Assembly: GCA_964415885.1 (NCBI GenBank)
Contig: CAYQCE010000006.1
Span: forward strand, 18,467 to 82,466
Source: an uncultured Ignavibacteria bacterium
GTDB taxonomy: Bacteria; Zixibacteria; MSB-5A5; JAABVY01; JAHJOQ01
Direction of reading: 5' to 3'
DNA: 64,000 bases
Shown: positions 19,525-30,023 of the stretch, one piece after another
How positions within the stretch are numbered: the stretch's first letter is position 1
Layout of the letters: each line of letters begins with the position of its first letter
Program-made: the position numbers and the translations under genes
The notes under the pieces: model-generated
Database searches by the model: none
Told to the model about the DNA's origin: nothing
What the model saw: only the letters and a program-made list of their open reading frames with translations

Positions 19525-20523
19525 ATGCCGGCGAATTTGACACCACAGTACAAGGAAGCGGAAGATCGCTACAAACAGGCCAAGTCTGATGAGGAGCGGC
19601 TGGCGTGCCTCGAGGAGATGATGCGTGTCATCCCCAAGCACAAGGGGACCGAGAAGATGCGCGCCGACATCAAGTCGCGCATGGCGAAACTCCGTCAGCA
19701 GCTCGAGTCTCCGAAGAAGCAGACGGGCGGGAGCCGTCAACAGGCCATCGACCATGTCGAAAAACACGGCGCCGCGCAGATCGTCCTGCTCGGACCACCC
19801 AACAGCGGAAAATCGTTCTTCCTCACGACCGTGACCGCCGCCGAGACCGAGGTCGCCGAATATCCATACACAACTCGGACGCCAACACCCGGCATGATGG
19901 AATTCGAGACGATTCAGTTTCAGATGGTGGACTTGCCTCCTATTGCGCCGGATTTCTTCGAGAATTGGATGACGAACATCATCCGAAACAGCGATTTTAT
20001 CATGCTGATGGCCGATCTTGCAGCAGATGATCTTCTCGAGGGCATGGACGCCGTAGTATCGAAGCTCGATGAGCTGAAGATGATCCTGGTAAGAAAGGAG
20101 ATCCCTGAGGATTACGAGGGGTCGCAGTTCTGCAAGAGGGCCGTCGTAGCCGCGAACAAGTCGGACGCTTCCGGAGCCGGGGATCGGCTGGAGATCCTGA
20201 AGGAATTCTATGCCGACAGATTCGATATCATACCGATATCATGCAAGAAGCGCGAGGGGATCGCGCGGCTTCAGCGGCACATCTTCGACGCCCTCCAGAT
20301 TATGCGAGTTTATACCAAGACTCCAGGCAAGGATGTGAAGTATGTCGATCCGATAGTCCTCCCGATAGGATCGACCGTGGAGGACGCAGCTTTCGAATTG
20401 CACAAGGATTTCGCTCACAAGCTTCAGTTTGCGCGGGTCTGGGGGGATGGCAAGTTCGACGGGCAGCGGGTTACGCTGAAGTATGAATTATCGGACAAGG
20501 ATGTCGTCGAGTTTCATATCTGA
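19525..20523 (+). CDS. DRG-family GTPase (Obg superfamily) with C-terminal TGS domain
   Basis: G1 GPPNSGKS, G3 DLPP and G4 NKSD are present. The N-terminal coiled region (MPANLTPQYKEAE...KLRQQL) and C-terminal TGS (MRVYTKTPGK...WGDGKFDGQRV) match the DRG/Rbg architecture. Confidence 0.65.
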   Translation: MPANLTPQYKEAEDRYKQAKSDEERLACLEEMMRVIPKHKGTEKMRADIKSRMAKLRQQLESPKKQTGGSRQQAIDHVEKHGAAQIVLLGPPNSGKSFFLTTVTAAETEVAEYPYTTRTPTPGMMEFETIQFQMVDLPPIAPDFFENWMTNIIRNSDFIMLMADLAADDLLEGMDAVVSKLDELKMILVRKEIPEDYEGSQFCKRAVVAANKSDASGAGDRLEILKEFYADRFDIIPISCKKREGIARLQRHIFDALQIMRVYTKTPGKDVKYVDPIVLPIGSTVEDAAFELHKDFAHKLQFARVWGDGKFDGQRVTLKYELSDKDVVEFHI

Positions 20524-20527
20524 CCGA

Positions 20528-21259
20528 CTACTGCATTGCATCCAGTCTTTTGCGCTCCAGGAGTGCCTTCATATCTGCGGCCATCTCACGTGGCCTGCTG
20601 TGGATCACGCCGTCCTTCAGATACACGACCCGATTTGTCCGTGTGGCAACGGTCGAGTCATGAGTGATCATGAGGATTGTTGATCCCGCTCTCCAGAGCT
20701 CTTCGAAGAGATCGATGATCGCCCTGCCCGACTTCGAGTCGAGATTGCCGGTCGGTTCGTCCGCGAGGATCAGCTTCGGCTTGTTGGCGAGCGATCGCGC
20801 GATCGCGACACGCTGCATTTCACCACCCGAGAGCTCCCTCGGCTTGTGATCGAGACGATCCCCGAGGCCCACGCGCTCCAAAAGCTCCGTAGTCCGTTTC
20901 TTTCGCTCCTTCGCGTTGACATTCCCGAAGATCATCGGCAGCTCGACATTTTCATAAGCGGTCGCGTACGGCAGCAGATTAAACGCCTGAAACACGAAAC
21001 CAATCTTACGGTTACGTGTTTCCGCCAGACGGGACATACTCAGGCTCTCAACATACTCGCCATCGAGCTGATACTTGCCGTCGGAAGGTGTATCGAGGCA
21101 GCCTGCGATGTTCATGAGGGTCGATTTGCCGGAACCGGATGGTCCGACGATCGAGACGAATTCTCCGCCGTCAATTTCGAGATCTATGCCCTTGAGCGCC
21201 TCGACTTTGATCTTGCCCGTATTGTAGTGCTTGCGAATTGCTTCCATCTTGATCATCAT
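20528..21259 (-). CDS. ABC transporter ATP-binding protein (MacB/LolD-like)
   Basis: Walker [10 protein letters not shown], signature [15 protein letters not shown], Walker [12 protein letters not shown] and an H-loop are present. Confidence 0.85.
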   Translation of the reverse strand: MMIKMEAIRKHYNTGKIKVEALKGIDLEIDGGEFVSIVGPSGSGKSTLMNIAGCLDTPSDGKYQLDGEYVESLSMSRLAETRNRKIGFVFQAFNLLPYATAYENVELPMIFGNVNAKERKKRTTELLERVGLGDRLDHKPRELSGGEMQRVAIARSLANKPKLILADEPTGNLDSKSGRAIIDLFEELWRAGSTILMITHDSTVATRTNRVVYLKDGVIHSRPREMAADMKALLERKRLDAMQ

Positions 21260-21271
21260 GATGCTACCTCC

Positions 21272-22552
21272 CTACTCGTATCTGAGCGATTCGACCGGGT
21301 TTACGGATGCCGCACGTCGCGCCGGAAAAAACCCGGAGACAAGACCTATCATGGCGAGAACAGCAATCGTAATCATCGCGATTGGAACGGAGATCGTTGG
21401 CGTACCGAGCCACTGCATCGCATCCGAGTCCATCGGCAGAGAACCGAGAATTCCCGCAATCGTGAATGATGCAAGCAGACCGACGGCGCCGCCGATTCCG
21501 GCAATGAGCAACGCCTCGAGCATAAACTGAACCATGACCTGCCCGCGTTTCGCACCCATCGCCATCTTGACGCCGATTTCCGCTGTCCGTTCGCGCACGG
21601 CAACGTACATAATATTCGCCACGCCTACACCGGCAACGAGCAGTGTCAATCCGCCGATCACGCCGAAGAATATCTGCATTCCGATCATGACTTTGTTCAT
21701 CACTTCAGCATCCTCGATTACGTTCCAGATCGAGAGAGCGCGACGATCGTCCGGATCGAACTGGTACTTTGAAGAGAGGATGTCATAGAGCCGATCCTCG
21801 ATCTGCTCGGTTTGGCTGATATCTCTCGGTTTGACTACGAGATTGTTCAAAACGCGGCGATTGAATATCGTGCCGAATGTCGTTCGTGGAATAAATGCGG
21901 TGTTCCAGTCGGGACCGGAATACATCCCCATCTGTAGTTTCTTCTGCATTACGCCAATCACGGTGAACTGCACGTCGTTTATTTCGATTGTCTTGCCGAT
22001 GGGATCGATCGCACCGGGGCTGCCCGGCTCCCCAAACAGATCGTCGCGAATCTCATTGCCGATGAATGTCACCCGGCGTTTCTCCTCCATGTCGAGCCGG
22101 TTGAAGAACCTGCCGCCCTGTTCGGGATACATCGAGCGCATAATCTCATACTCGGGAGTTACTCCGTTGACTTTGTTGTTTATGCTTTTCTTCCCATGTG
22201 AAATCTCGCGTCCCCACGTTATGAACTCACCGGACACATATTCCAACTCCGGCACCTGTTCCCTTATGTAAGGAATTACATCTTCCCGTAATCGAATTGG
22301 TCTGCCGCGGGGCAAGCCCTTGTATGGTTTCTCGGTCTGGCCGCCCCAGATAATCAGGATACCGTCCCCGAGACCCTTCTTGTTGATCTCGAGCTGGTTC
22401 TTCAGACCCTCGCCGAACGCGAGCAGCATCGTGATCGAGAGAGTACCCCAGACAATCGCGGCCATAGTCAGCGACATGCGAAGCTTCTGGCTCTTCAGCT
22501 CGCGAAAGAAGAGCCTGGTAATGAGCCGTATGTTACTCCAGATACTGCGCAT
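21272..22552 (-). CDS. ABC transporter permease (FtsX/MacB-type) 2
   Basis: 426 aa with an N-terminal TM, a large periplasmic domain and a C-terminal 3-TM FtsX-like domain. It is paralogous to the upstream permease. Confidence 0.75.
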   Translation of the reverse strand: MRSIWSNIRLITRLFFRELKSQKLRMSLTMAAIVWGTLSITMLLAFGEGLKNQLEINKKGLGDGILIIWGGQTEKPYKGLPRGRPIRLREDVIPYIREQVPELEYVSGEFITWGREISHGKKSINNKVNGVTPEYEIMRSMYPEQGGRFFNRLDMEEKRRVTFIGNEIRDDLFGEPGSPGAIDPIGKTIEINDVQFTVIGVMQKKLQMGMYSGPDWNTAFIPRTTFGTIFNRRVLNNLVVKPRDISQTEQIEDRLYDILSSKYQFDPDDRRALSIWNVIEDAEVMNKVMIGMQIFFGVIGGLTLLVAGVGVANIMYVAVRERTAEIGVKMAMGAKRGQVMVQFMLEALLIAGIGGAVGLLASFTIAGILGSLPMDSDAMQWLGTPTISVPIAMITIAVLAMIGLVSGFFPARRAASVNPVESLRYE

Positions 22553-22554
22553 TG

Positions 22555-23784
22555 TTACATCTTCAATGATTCGACCGGGTTAAGATTCGCGGCGCGCCTG
22601 GCAGGGAAAAACCCGGCGAGCACACCAATTAGCATCAGAAGCGATACTGAAAGCACCGCCTCGACAGTCGAGACACTTGGAACCCCAACGTAGTCTTCTA
22701 TATCCATCGAACCGATCAGCTTGATCAGCAGCATAGCGAAGGCGAATCCGGTAACACCGCCGATGATTGTGATGAAAAGCGTTTCCAGCAGGAACTGCGT
22801 CAAAATGAAGCCCTTCCTGGCTCCGAGAGACAGCTTCAAACCGATCTCACGCGATCTTTCCTTAACGACGACATACATGATGTTCGCCACACCGATTCCA
22901 CCGACGATGAGGGTTGCAAAGGAGATCATCAGCAGGAATATCCTGAAACCCCAGAAGAAAGATGAGAAGAACTCCATGTTTTCCGTCGTGTCCCACATGG
23001 ACAGGGCCTGCTTGTCATCGGGACTGAACTTGTACTTCTTGCCCATCAATTCGAAGATTTTGCGTTTGGCAACATCGTGGACTTCGAGTGATTGAGCTTT
23101 CCAGATCACAATGTCCGCGTATTTGTGCCCAAACATCATGGCGGAGGTCGTATACGGCATGAATACCTTGTCCTCGTCTCGGCCGCTGTACGAGGAGTCT
23201 TGTCCCTTCTCGACCATCACGCCTATCACGGTGAACGGCACACCCTGGATTTCTATAACCTTGCCAATTGGATCCTCGTCACCGAATACATCCACTGCAA
23301 GATCATTCCCGAGAAAGCACACTCTGCGGCGCATCTCGACATCCACATCATTAATGAACCTGCCGCCCCAATCGGGTATGACATTCCGCATCGTGCCAAA
23401 CTCGGGTGCCACACCGGCAATCTGAGCGGAAACTCGCACCCTGTCACGCTTCACCGAAACTCCCCAGTTCTGGTATTCAATGGACGCTGACTGCAGCTCG
23501 GGTATCTGCTCCTTCATCAGGGCGACATCGGATTCGCGGAGCATTATTCCGCGACCTTTCGGAAGTCCTTCATAGGTGATCGAGGTCCGCCCCGGGAACA
23601 TTATGACAATATTCTCGCCGAGGCCCTTGAATTGCTTCTCCTGATGCTTGTGGATACCGTGACCAAACGCGCCGAGAAGTATCAGTGCGGCCGTCCCCCA
23701 GAAGATGCCGAACAGAGTCAGCCCCGAACGCAGCTTCTGTGCCCGCATGTCGCGGAGAATCTGTCTGATAAACATGAGATGCAT
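22555..23784 (-). CDS. ABC transporter permease (FtsX/MacB-type) 1
   Basis: Start taken at MHLMFIRQ (23784), 7 nt after the HlyD stop. It has the same architecture as the 21272..22552 gene. Confidence 0.7.
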   Translation of the reverse strand: MHLMFIRQILRDMRAQKLRSGLTLFGIFWGTAALILLGAFGHGIHKHQEKQFKGLGENIVIMFPGRTSITYEGLPKGRGIMLRESDVALMKEQIPELQSASIEYQNWGVSVKRDRVRVSAQIAGVAPEFGTMRNVIPDWGGRFINDVDVEMRRRVCFLGNDLAVDVFGDEDPIGKVIEIQGVPFTVIGVMVEKGQDSSYSGRDEDKVFMPYTTSAMMFGHKYADIVIWKAQSLEVHDVAKRKIFELMGKKYKFSPDDKQALSMWDTTENMEFFSSFFWGFRIFLLMISFATLIVGGIGVANIMYVVVKERSREIGLKLSLGARKGFILTQFLLETLFITIIGGVTGFAFAMLLIKLIGSMDIEDYVGVPSVSTVEAVLSVSLLMLIGVLAGFFPARRAANLNPVESLKM

Positions 23785-23791
23785 CTGGCTG

Positions 23792-24886
23792 CTACTCGAT
23801 GGTTTTCGGAGGTTTCTCGACGATTTCCTGGCCCTCGGAGAGGCCGGAAACAATCTCGACCGTTATCCCGTCCGACAATCCGATTTCGACCGGCATCTCA
23901 GCGATCGTACCAATGGAATCACGCACATCGACAAAGGTTGAGTCACTCCTGAAGGTAATGAGGCGTTCCGGCACGACGAGCACCTCGTTCTTCTCGTCTA
24001 CGATGATCTCCGCATTGGCGGAATATCCTGCTCGGAGTGTGGAGTTGCCGGTAGAGGAGGATATCCTGACCTCGACATCAAACACCGTTGTATTGTCCTG
24101 CTTGCGCGCTTTCGGGGAAATCTTGTACAGCATGCCGTAGATCGTGTCGTTCGGAATCGCGCCGATCTGAAGCTGTACGTTCATACCCTCCTGCAGCTTG
24201 CCTACATCGATCTCATCCACCGTGCCTCGGAAGATCAGGCTGTCCATCGCAGCGAGAGCCATTAGTTCGGTTCCCTGCTGGTACGAGGTCAACGGCACTA
24301 CCGGATCGCCCTCATCCACGAACCTCTGCAGAACGACTCCCGAGATCGGTGCGCGAATAACATTCTCGACTTCACGGCCGGCGATATTCGTCTTCCCCTC
24401 TTGAATCAGCGAGAGCTTCTCTCTGGCGGATGCCAGACGAACCTTTGCCTCCTCGTAGGCCTGCTGAGAATCCTCCAACTCGCTCTCGGAAATGAGGTTC
24501 TTCTCGAACAGCCCCTTTATCCGCTCGTATCCTCGTTTTGCATTCTGAAAAGTAACGTCGGCGAGTTCAACCTGGCGTTTCGATTCTGCGTACTCGATCG
24601 GAGTTGGCTGTGGTGCAATATCAAACAGCGGATTCCCAACTTCAACTCTGTCGCCGACTTCGACATAGGCGCGGGATACTATACCGGAAATCTGCGATTT
24701 TACAACAATGTCACGTTCGGGCTCTATCTGCCCTATTGCCATAGCCTTATCCACAACATTGCCGCGCTCGACCGTGTGTATGGTCATGCCCTGCTCATTG
24801 CTCGAGGATGATTTGGAGAATCCGAAGACGATCGCGACGACCACCACGACGAGTACAACGCCGATGATTGCCAGTTTTTTGCCCAT
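23792..24886 (-). CDS. efflux periplasmic adaptor subunit (HlyD/MFP family, MacA-like)
   Basis: 364 aa with an N-terminal TM anchor, a coiled-coil hairpin and beta-barrel/lipoyl-like segments. It is the first gene of the adaptor-permease-permease-ATPase operon. Confidence 0.8.
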   Translation of the reverse strand: MGKKLAIIGVVLVVVVVAIVFGFSKSSSSNEQGMTIHTVERGNVVDKAMAIGQIEPERDIVVKSQISGIVSRAYVEVGDRVEVGNPLFDIAPQPTPIEYAESKRQVELADVTFQNAKRGYERIKGLFEKNLISESELEDSQQAYEEAKVRLASAREKLSLIQEGKTNIAGREVENVIRAPISGVVLQRFVDEGDPVVPLTSYQQGTELMALAAMDSLIFRGTVDEIDVGKLQEGMNVQLQIGAIPNDTIYGMLYKISPKARKQDNTTVFDVEVRISSSTGNSTLRAGYSANAEIIVDEKNEVLVVPERLITFRSDSTFVDVRDSIGTIAEMPVEIGLSDGITVEIVSGLSEGQEIVEKPPKTIE

Positions 24887-25064
24887 GAGCTATCTCCCAA
24901 TCTGACTTTACATACTCGGTATGTTCGTTCCTGTTGATAGCTTCTATACGGAGAGCGATTCGTTTATGTTTCAATGATTCAGAAAAGGGGCGGGATGATA
25001 CATCTGTCTTCGATGACATTATTTCGTGGCTGATGTACGTCCTGAGGCCGTCCCGGAAGGCACC

Positions 25065-25227
25065 AAAACGGTTACGGCAGATCCTGATCCCGATGAGAAT
25101 CGGGATTGTGATCTGCCGTCAGCTCGGTCACGCTCATGTTAGTCTGCGACTTATGAACGGTCAGGTCACACCTGCCTGCGGCGGGCAGGACCTGACCGAA
25201 CTTCACTACCCGCCTTTTTCAACAAGC
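25065..25227. repeat. intergenic repeat element copy 1 (family sharing GGTCAGGTCAC and TTTTTCAACAAGC motifs)
   Basis: AAAACGGTTACG...GTGATCTGCCGT...GGTCAGGTCACAC (25159-25171) is embedded in a nested palindrome GGTCAGG..CCTGCC-tgcggcg-GGCAGG.CCTGACC. It ends with TTTTTCAACAAGC (25215-25227). About 100 nt are alignable to copy 2. Confidence 0.4.
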
Positions 25228-25332
25228 TCCAGATAGCCCTGGGCCACAATGTGTGCATACGCATTCACATTCCGGCAGTTCTTGCCCGGCAATCGCCGGG
25301 TGTGAACTGCCAGCAATCCAAAACTCAATCTA

Positions 25333-26157
25333 TCAGTTCCCGCCGAGGATCAACGGCAGACCTTCCTTGCCCGCACCGATCACGACGACCTTGGCATTCG
25401 GAGAATTCGAGAGCTTCTCCGTAGCCTCGATACCCTTCCATTTCAGCAAGTTCTGAGTCAGACCCGCAGACACGATTTTCTGGAAGTCCGAGATGCCCTG
25501 CGCCTCGATTCGTTTACGCTCGGCCTCCTGCGTCTCTTTTCGGAGCACGAATTCCATCCGTTGAGCTTCCTGATCGGCAGCGAGTTTCTCATTGATAGCA
25601 TCCGTGATCTTCTTCGGCAGAGTAACATCGCGTACGATAACATCATCGATCTCGATGAATTTCTGCGCCATCTGCTTCTGCATCCCTTCCCTGATCAGTG
25701 TCGCGATTTCCTCCCGCTTGGTCGAGTAGATCTCTTCCGGCTTATAGAGTCCAACCGTGCCACGCGCGATTCCGCGAAGCGCCGGTTTTATCACGATGTC
25801 CATATAGCGCGGACCGATAGTAATCTGGAGGCTGTCAAGCTTGGCGGCAATCGGCCGGTACCACACAGATACATCCAGGGCAATCGTTGCACCATCAGAT
25901 GAGAGTACGTTCAAAGTCTCCTTTGTGTCCTGAGTCTGCGTGCGATAGACATAAACGGAGTTCCACGGCAAATGCCATTGGAATCCCTCACCGTAGATTT
26001 TGCCCATTTCCGTTCCGCCACTGAACTTGAGATACTTGACCCCATGATGTCCCGATGGCACCTGCGTGCCGCAACCGGTCGTCAGGAGCGGTACGGCAAA
26101 CAACAGAACCGCAGCCAGTGCGATTTTGAGTACTTTTCTGGAATGCGTTTTCAACAT
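25333..26157 (-). CDS. SPFH/band-7 (prohibitin-like) domain lipoprotein
   Basis: 274 aa with a lipobox (LLTTGCG). It has an SPFH core and a C-terminal coiled coil (AADQEAQRMEFVLRKETQEAERKRIEAQG). Confidence 0.8.
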   Translation of the reverse strand: MLKTHSRKVLKIALAAVLLFAVPLLTTGCGTQVPSGHHGVKYLKFSGGTEMGKIYGEGFQWHLPWNSVYVYRTQTQDTKETLNVLSSDGATIALDVSVWYRPIAAKLDSLQITIGPRYMDIVIKPALRGIARGTVGLYKPEEIYSTKREEIATLIREGMQKQMAQKFIEIDDVIVRDVTLPKKITDAINEKLAADQEAQRMEFVLRKETQEAERKRIEAQGISDFQKIVSAGLTQNLLKWKGIEATEKLSNSPNAKVVVIGAGKEGLPLILGGN

Positions 26158-26303
26158 GATCGGACCTCCTTGTATTGTTATTGAGTCTCAATTCCGTTGA
26201 TCTTCCCTTATCTTACATGAGATATCCAATTAAAACAGCAAAAAAGTGGCTTCACTGTTTCCAAAAGTCTGGACTAAAGCAGCGATTTTTGTAAATTCAC
26301 GGC

Positions 26304-27689
26304 ATGAAAGTAGTCAAGACACCAGAAGAGGCGATAAACTCGCAGATCGTAAAGCCGGGCAGTGTAATCTACACTTCCGGCAACGCCGCGACTCCACAGG
26401 ACCTTCTGCTGCAGCTCGCTCAGGATACCTCCATTCAGCATGTCGCGCTGTATAGTGTACTTCCTCTCGGTGAGCGGATACTCCCCTTGTTTTCTGAAGA
26501 ACGCTGCAAGACACTGACGCACCGGGTGCTTTTTAACAGCCACATTTCGCGCGAAGCAGTAAACAAGGGGTGGGCGAAGTATCATCCGATGCATCTCTCG
26601 GAAATCCCGAAATACGCCAAACGGGAAGGCGGCCCGAATGTCGTGCTCTTGACAGTTCAGGGGCCTGATTCCGGCGGCAATTACTCGCTGGGAACCACGG
26701 TTGAGAGCGTTTTGGCAGCTATATATTCCGCGAAGAGACGCGGGGGGCTGGTGATAGCCGAGCGAAACGCCCGGATGCCGTTCGTACTCGGCACAACCAT
26801 ACCGTCGGAGTACATAGACTTTCTCGTTGACTCGGATTATGAGCTTCCATCCAGTCCCGTCAAACAGCCGGATGACCTCGCGGTGAGAATCGGGGAGATC
26901 ATTGCCGCACTCTATGTCCGGGACGGCCGCGGGAATGAACCCGGCTCGACACTTCAGTACGGCATAGGCGAGGTCCCCGAGGCCGTGACGTCCGCGATCC
27001 TGAAACGCGGTGTCGGCGATCTCGGGATTCACACCGAGTTGTTCGCTTCCGCGATGCAAAGACTGATCGAAGAGGGTGTTGTGACCAACCGCTGGAAGAG
27101 CAATATCAATTTTTCGATATCATCGATCTTTCTTGCCAAGGACCAGAAGGGGTATGAGTGGCTCAATTACAACAGCTCAGTGCAGAGCCGGCCGTCCGAC
27201 TACACGAACAGCGTATTTCGAATCGCCCAGCAGCCGAGAATGGTCACGATAAACAGCGCGATCGGTGTGGATCTGCAGGGTAACATCTGGGCCGACTCGC
27301 TCGATGCCAGAAAGATATATTCCGGCGTGGGAGGACAGAGCGACTTCATACGTGGCGCACAATACTCAGAAGGTGGCGTGGCAATCATTGCGCTGAAATC
27401 CAAGACCGGTAAGGGAATTTCGAAGATAGTCGACCGGTGCCCGGCGGGAATCACTACTACCGCTATTCCGGCAGATCAGGTTATCATAGTTTCCGAGCAC
27501 GGCGCATTTGACCCGAGACGGCTGAGCCTCGGTGAGCGTGCGGTTGGTATTGCACATCTTGCGGCGCCCGAGAAGCGAGATGAGCTGCTAAAGATAATCC
27601 GGGATGATCCGGCATTCCACCGTCCGAAACTGGAATCGAACAAAATTCCGGGATTCACATCATACGAGGAAGCGCTGGAGAGAATGTAA
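26304..27689 (+). CDS. acetyl-CoA hydrolase/transferase family protein (CoA-transferase, Cat1/ASCT-like)
   Basis: 461 aa with family-typical N-terminal (VIYTSGNAATPQ) and C-terminal (GGQSDFIRGA) segments. Confidence 0.75.
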   Translation: MKVVKTPEEAINSQIVKPGSVIYTSGNAATPQDLLLQLAQDTSIQHVALYSVLPLGERILPLFSEERCKTLTHRVLFNSHISREAVNKGWAKYHPMHLSEIPKYAKREGGPNVVLLTVQGPDSGGNYSLGTTVESVLAAIYSAKRRGGLVIAERNARMPFVLGTTIPSEYIDFLVDSDYELPSSPVKQPDDLAVRIGEIIAALYVRDGRGNEPGSTLQYGIGEVPEAVTSAILKRGVGDLGIHTELFASAMQRLIEEGVVTNRWKSNINFSISSIFLAKDQKGYEWLNYNSSVQSRPSDYTNSVFRIAQQPRMVTINSAIGVDLQGNIWADSLDARKIYSGVGGQSDFIRGAQYSEGGVAIIALKSKTGKGISKIVDRCPAGITTTAIPADQVIIVSEHGAFDPRRLSLGERAVGIAHLAAPEKRDELLKIIRDDPAFHRPKLESNKIPGFTSYEEALERM

Positions 27690-27695
27690 CGGGGG

Positions 27696-29840
27696 TCATT
27701 TGCCCGTCTCGACCTTCTCTACTATGAAACGAGCATCTACGGCGGCGGTATTTTCTGCGTCAGCCGCGATGATAAACGGGTTAACGTCGAATTCCTTGAA
27801 CTCGAGGAAATCCGCAACGAGTTGAGACAGACGCAGGATAGCCTCTATCAGCAGATCGAGATCGACCGGTTCCGATCCACGAAATCCTCGTAGCAACTCG
27901 TATCCGCGCAGGCGCTGAACCATCTCGCGAGCCTCGATATTGGTAACCGGGTTGACCCGGAACACAACATCTTTCATCACCTCGACGTAGATTCCACCGA
28001 GACCGAACATGAGAAGCGGACCAAACGCCGGATCGGTCGACATGCCCATCACGGTTTCGATTCCGCCCCTGACCATCGCCTGTATCGCCACGGAGAACGG
28101 CTCGTCCGAGTCGACTTCCCTTCGCACGTTCTTCTCCATCTCATCCCATGCAGCCCTTATCTCCTTCTCATCGCGGAGATCCACCTTGACCGCGCCGATC
28201 TCGGTCTTGTGCAGAATTCTCGGGGTGCTCACCTTCATCACGACTGGGAACCCCAGCTTTGCGGCAGCCTCGACAGCCGAATCGGGAGAGAATGCATACT
28301 CGTACTGGGCTACGTTGATACCGTAGGCTTCAAGTATCTCAAGTGCCTCGCGGCCGATAATCTCGAACTGCTCTTTCTTGAGGTGCTCGTCGATAATCCT
28401 GCGCACACGCTTACGGGCGACATCGAAGGACGGGAACTTGCCTTCCTCCCTATCGCGGAATTTCCGATATTTCTCTATCTTGACGAGCGTCTTGCTGATT
28501 GACTCAGGAAAAATGTAAGCCGGGATATTGTTCTTTTTCAGGTATTCGAAGCCTTCCGAATACCACGATACACCCATGAAGCAGGCATAGAGCGGTTTGT
28601 CGTATCGGTTCTTCACATCAACAATACTCTCGGCGACCTTCATCTGGTCGACCGTAATTGGCGGGACGAAGATCGAGAGCACCGAGTCGAAACTGTCATC
28701 CTGGATTGCGGCCTCGAGTGCAGCCTTGAATTCAACGTGTGTGGCACCGGCCACCAGATCAAGTGGATTGTGGATCGGCGTGTCGGGCGGCATATGCGGA
28801 CGAATCTTTTTCTTTGTCTCTTCCGTATAGTCCGGCATCTCCATCCCGAGACTGATAAGCGCATCTGTCGCAAGGATTCCCGGTCCACCGGAATTCGTCA
28901 CAATGCTGACTCTATTGCCCTTGGGGACAGGCATTCGAGCCAACGCGGACGCCGTGTCGAAGAGTTCCTCGATCGACGACACACGTATCACGCCGGTCTG
29001 CTCGAACAGTGCGTCGACAGCGACCTCGGTACCGGCGAGTGCGCCCGTATGTGAGGATGCGGCTGCGGCACCTTTGGTCGTGGTGCCGGATTTTACGACC
29101 ACTATCGGCTTCTTCTTCGTTACTTCTCTCGCAATAGAGGTGAAGTGGCGGGGATTGCCGAAATTCTCGAGATACATCAGGATGATATCGATGTCGGGAT
29201 CGTCCTTCCAGTATTCGAGTAGATCGTTAGCCGAGATGTTCGCCTTGTTTCCGATCGATGCGAATTGCGCAAGGCCGAGATTCATATCGGTTGCCTGCGC
29301 CAAAATCGCCTCGCCGAGAGCTCCCGACTGTGAGATAAACCCGATCTTGCCGCGCCTGGGGTAGACCTTCGAGAACGTGGCGTCCATCATGATCTCGGGA
29401 TTCGTGTTGATGATCCCGAAACAGTTCGGACCAATCATCCGCATGCCCCAGTATTCAACCCTCTCAATCAGCTCGAGTTCGAGCTTCAGACCGGTCGGTC
29501 CAACTTCACGGAATCCGGCGGTTATGATCACGAGTCCGCGAACACCCTTCTCCCCGCACTGATCGACTACCGCAGCGACCTTCTCTCGGGGCACGATGAC
29601 GACCGCGAGATCCACGCGATCCGGAACATCCAGAATGCTCGAATATGCCTTTATCGAGTGTATGACGCTATGATTCGGATTTACGGGAAAGATCTTTCCG
29701 TTAAACTCGTACGTGATCAGATTGTGGAGTATTTCTCGACCGATCGAGCCCTTTCTCGGCGTAGCGCCGATAACCGCAATCGATCGCGGACGCATGATAT
29801 AGTCTAATTCCTGTCGACCGGACCGTGATTCCGTTGCCAT
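27696..29840 (-). CDS. acyl-CoA synthetase (ADP-forming), fused alpha/beta (acetate--CoA ligase ACD-type)
   Basis: Start taken at MATESRSG (29840). It has a CoA-binding Rossmann domain (IAVIGATPRKGSIG), a succinyl-CoA-synthetase-like ligase-CoA domain and a C-terminal ATP-grasp domain. Confidence 0.8.
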   Translation of the reverse strand: MATESRSGRQELDYIMRPRSIAVIGATPRKGSIGREILHNLITYEFNGKIFPVNPNHSVIHSIKAYSSILDVPDRVDLAVVIVPREKVAAVVDQCGEKGVRGLVIITAGFREVGPTGLKLELELIERVEYWGMRMIGPNCFGIINTNPEIMMDATFSKVYPRRGKIGFISQSGALGEAILAQATDMNLGLAQFASIGNKANISANDLLEYWKDDPDIDIILMYLENFGNPRHFTSIAREVTKKKPIVVVKSGTTTKGAAAASSHTGALAGTEVAVDALFEQTGVIRVSSIEELFDTASALARMPVPKGNRVSIVTNSGGPGILATDALISLGMEMPDYTEETKKKIRPHMPPDTPIHNPLDLVAGATHVEFKAALEAAIQDDSFDSVLSIFVPPITVDQMKVAESIVDVKNRYDKPLYACFMGVSWYSEGFEYLKKNNIPAYIFPESISKTLVKIEKYRKFRDREEGKFPSFDVARKRVRRIIDEHLKKEQFEIIGREALEILEAYGINVAQYEYAFSPDSAVEAAAKLGFPVVMKVSTPRILHKTEIGAVKVDLRDEKEIRAAWDEMEKNVRREVDSDEPFSVAIQAMVRGGIETVMGMSTDPAFGPLLMFGLGGIYVEVMKDVVFRVNPVTNIEAREMVQRLRGYELLRGFRGSEPVDLDLLIEAILRLSQLVADFLEFKEFDVNPFIIAADAENTAAVDARFIVEKVETGK

Positions 29841-29961
29841 GTGAATCCTCGTTTCCTTTCTGTTGAAAACACAGAACGATATAGCCCATGTTCGCCACAA
29901 GTCAAGCTGTTTTTCATTCACCGGCGGAGATACGCAGATGACTCAGTCTCGCGCACGAAGA

Positions 29962-29992
29962 AAGCGCCGAAGCTCAAGTAGCTCCGGCGCTT
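29962..29992 (-). terminator. candidate terminator after ppdK
   Basis: An 8-bp stem AAGCGCCG/CGGCGCTT with an internal AGCT/AGCT extension lies 32 nt downstream of the ppdK stop. The following T-run is weak. Confidence 0.35.
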
Positions 29993-30023
29993 AACAAACC
30001 AATTTACCAGAATCAACTGTCGG

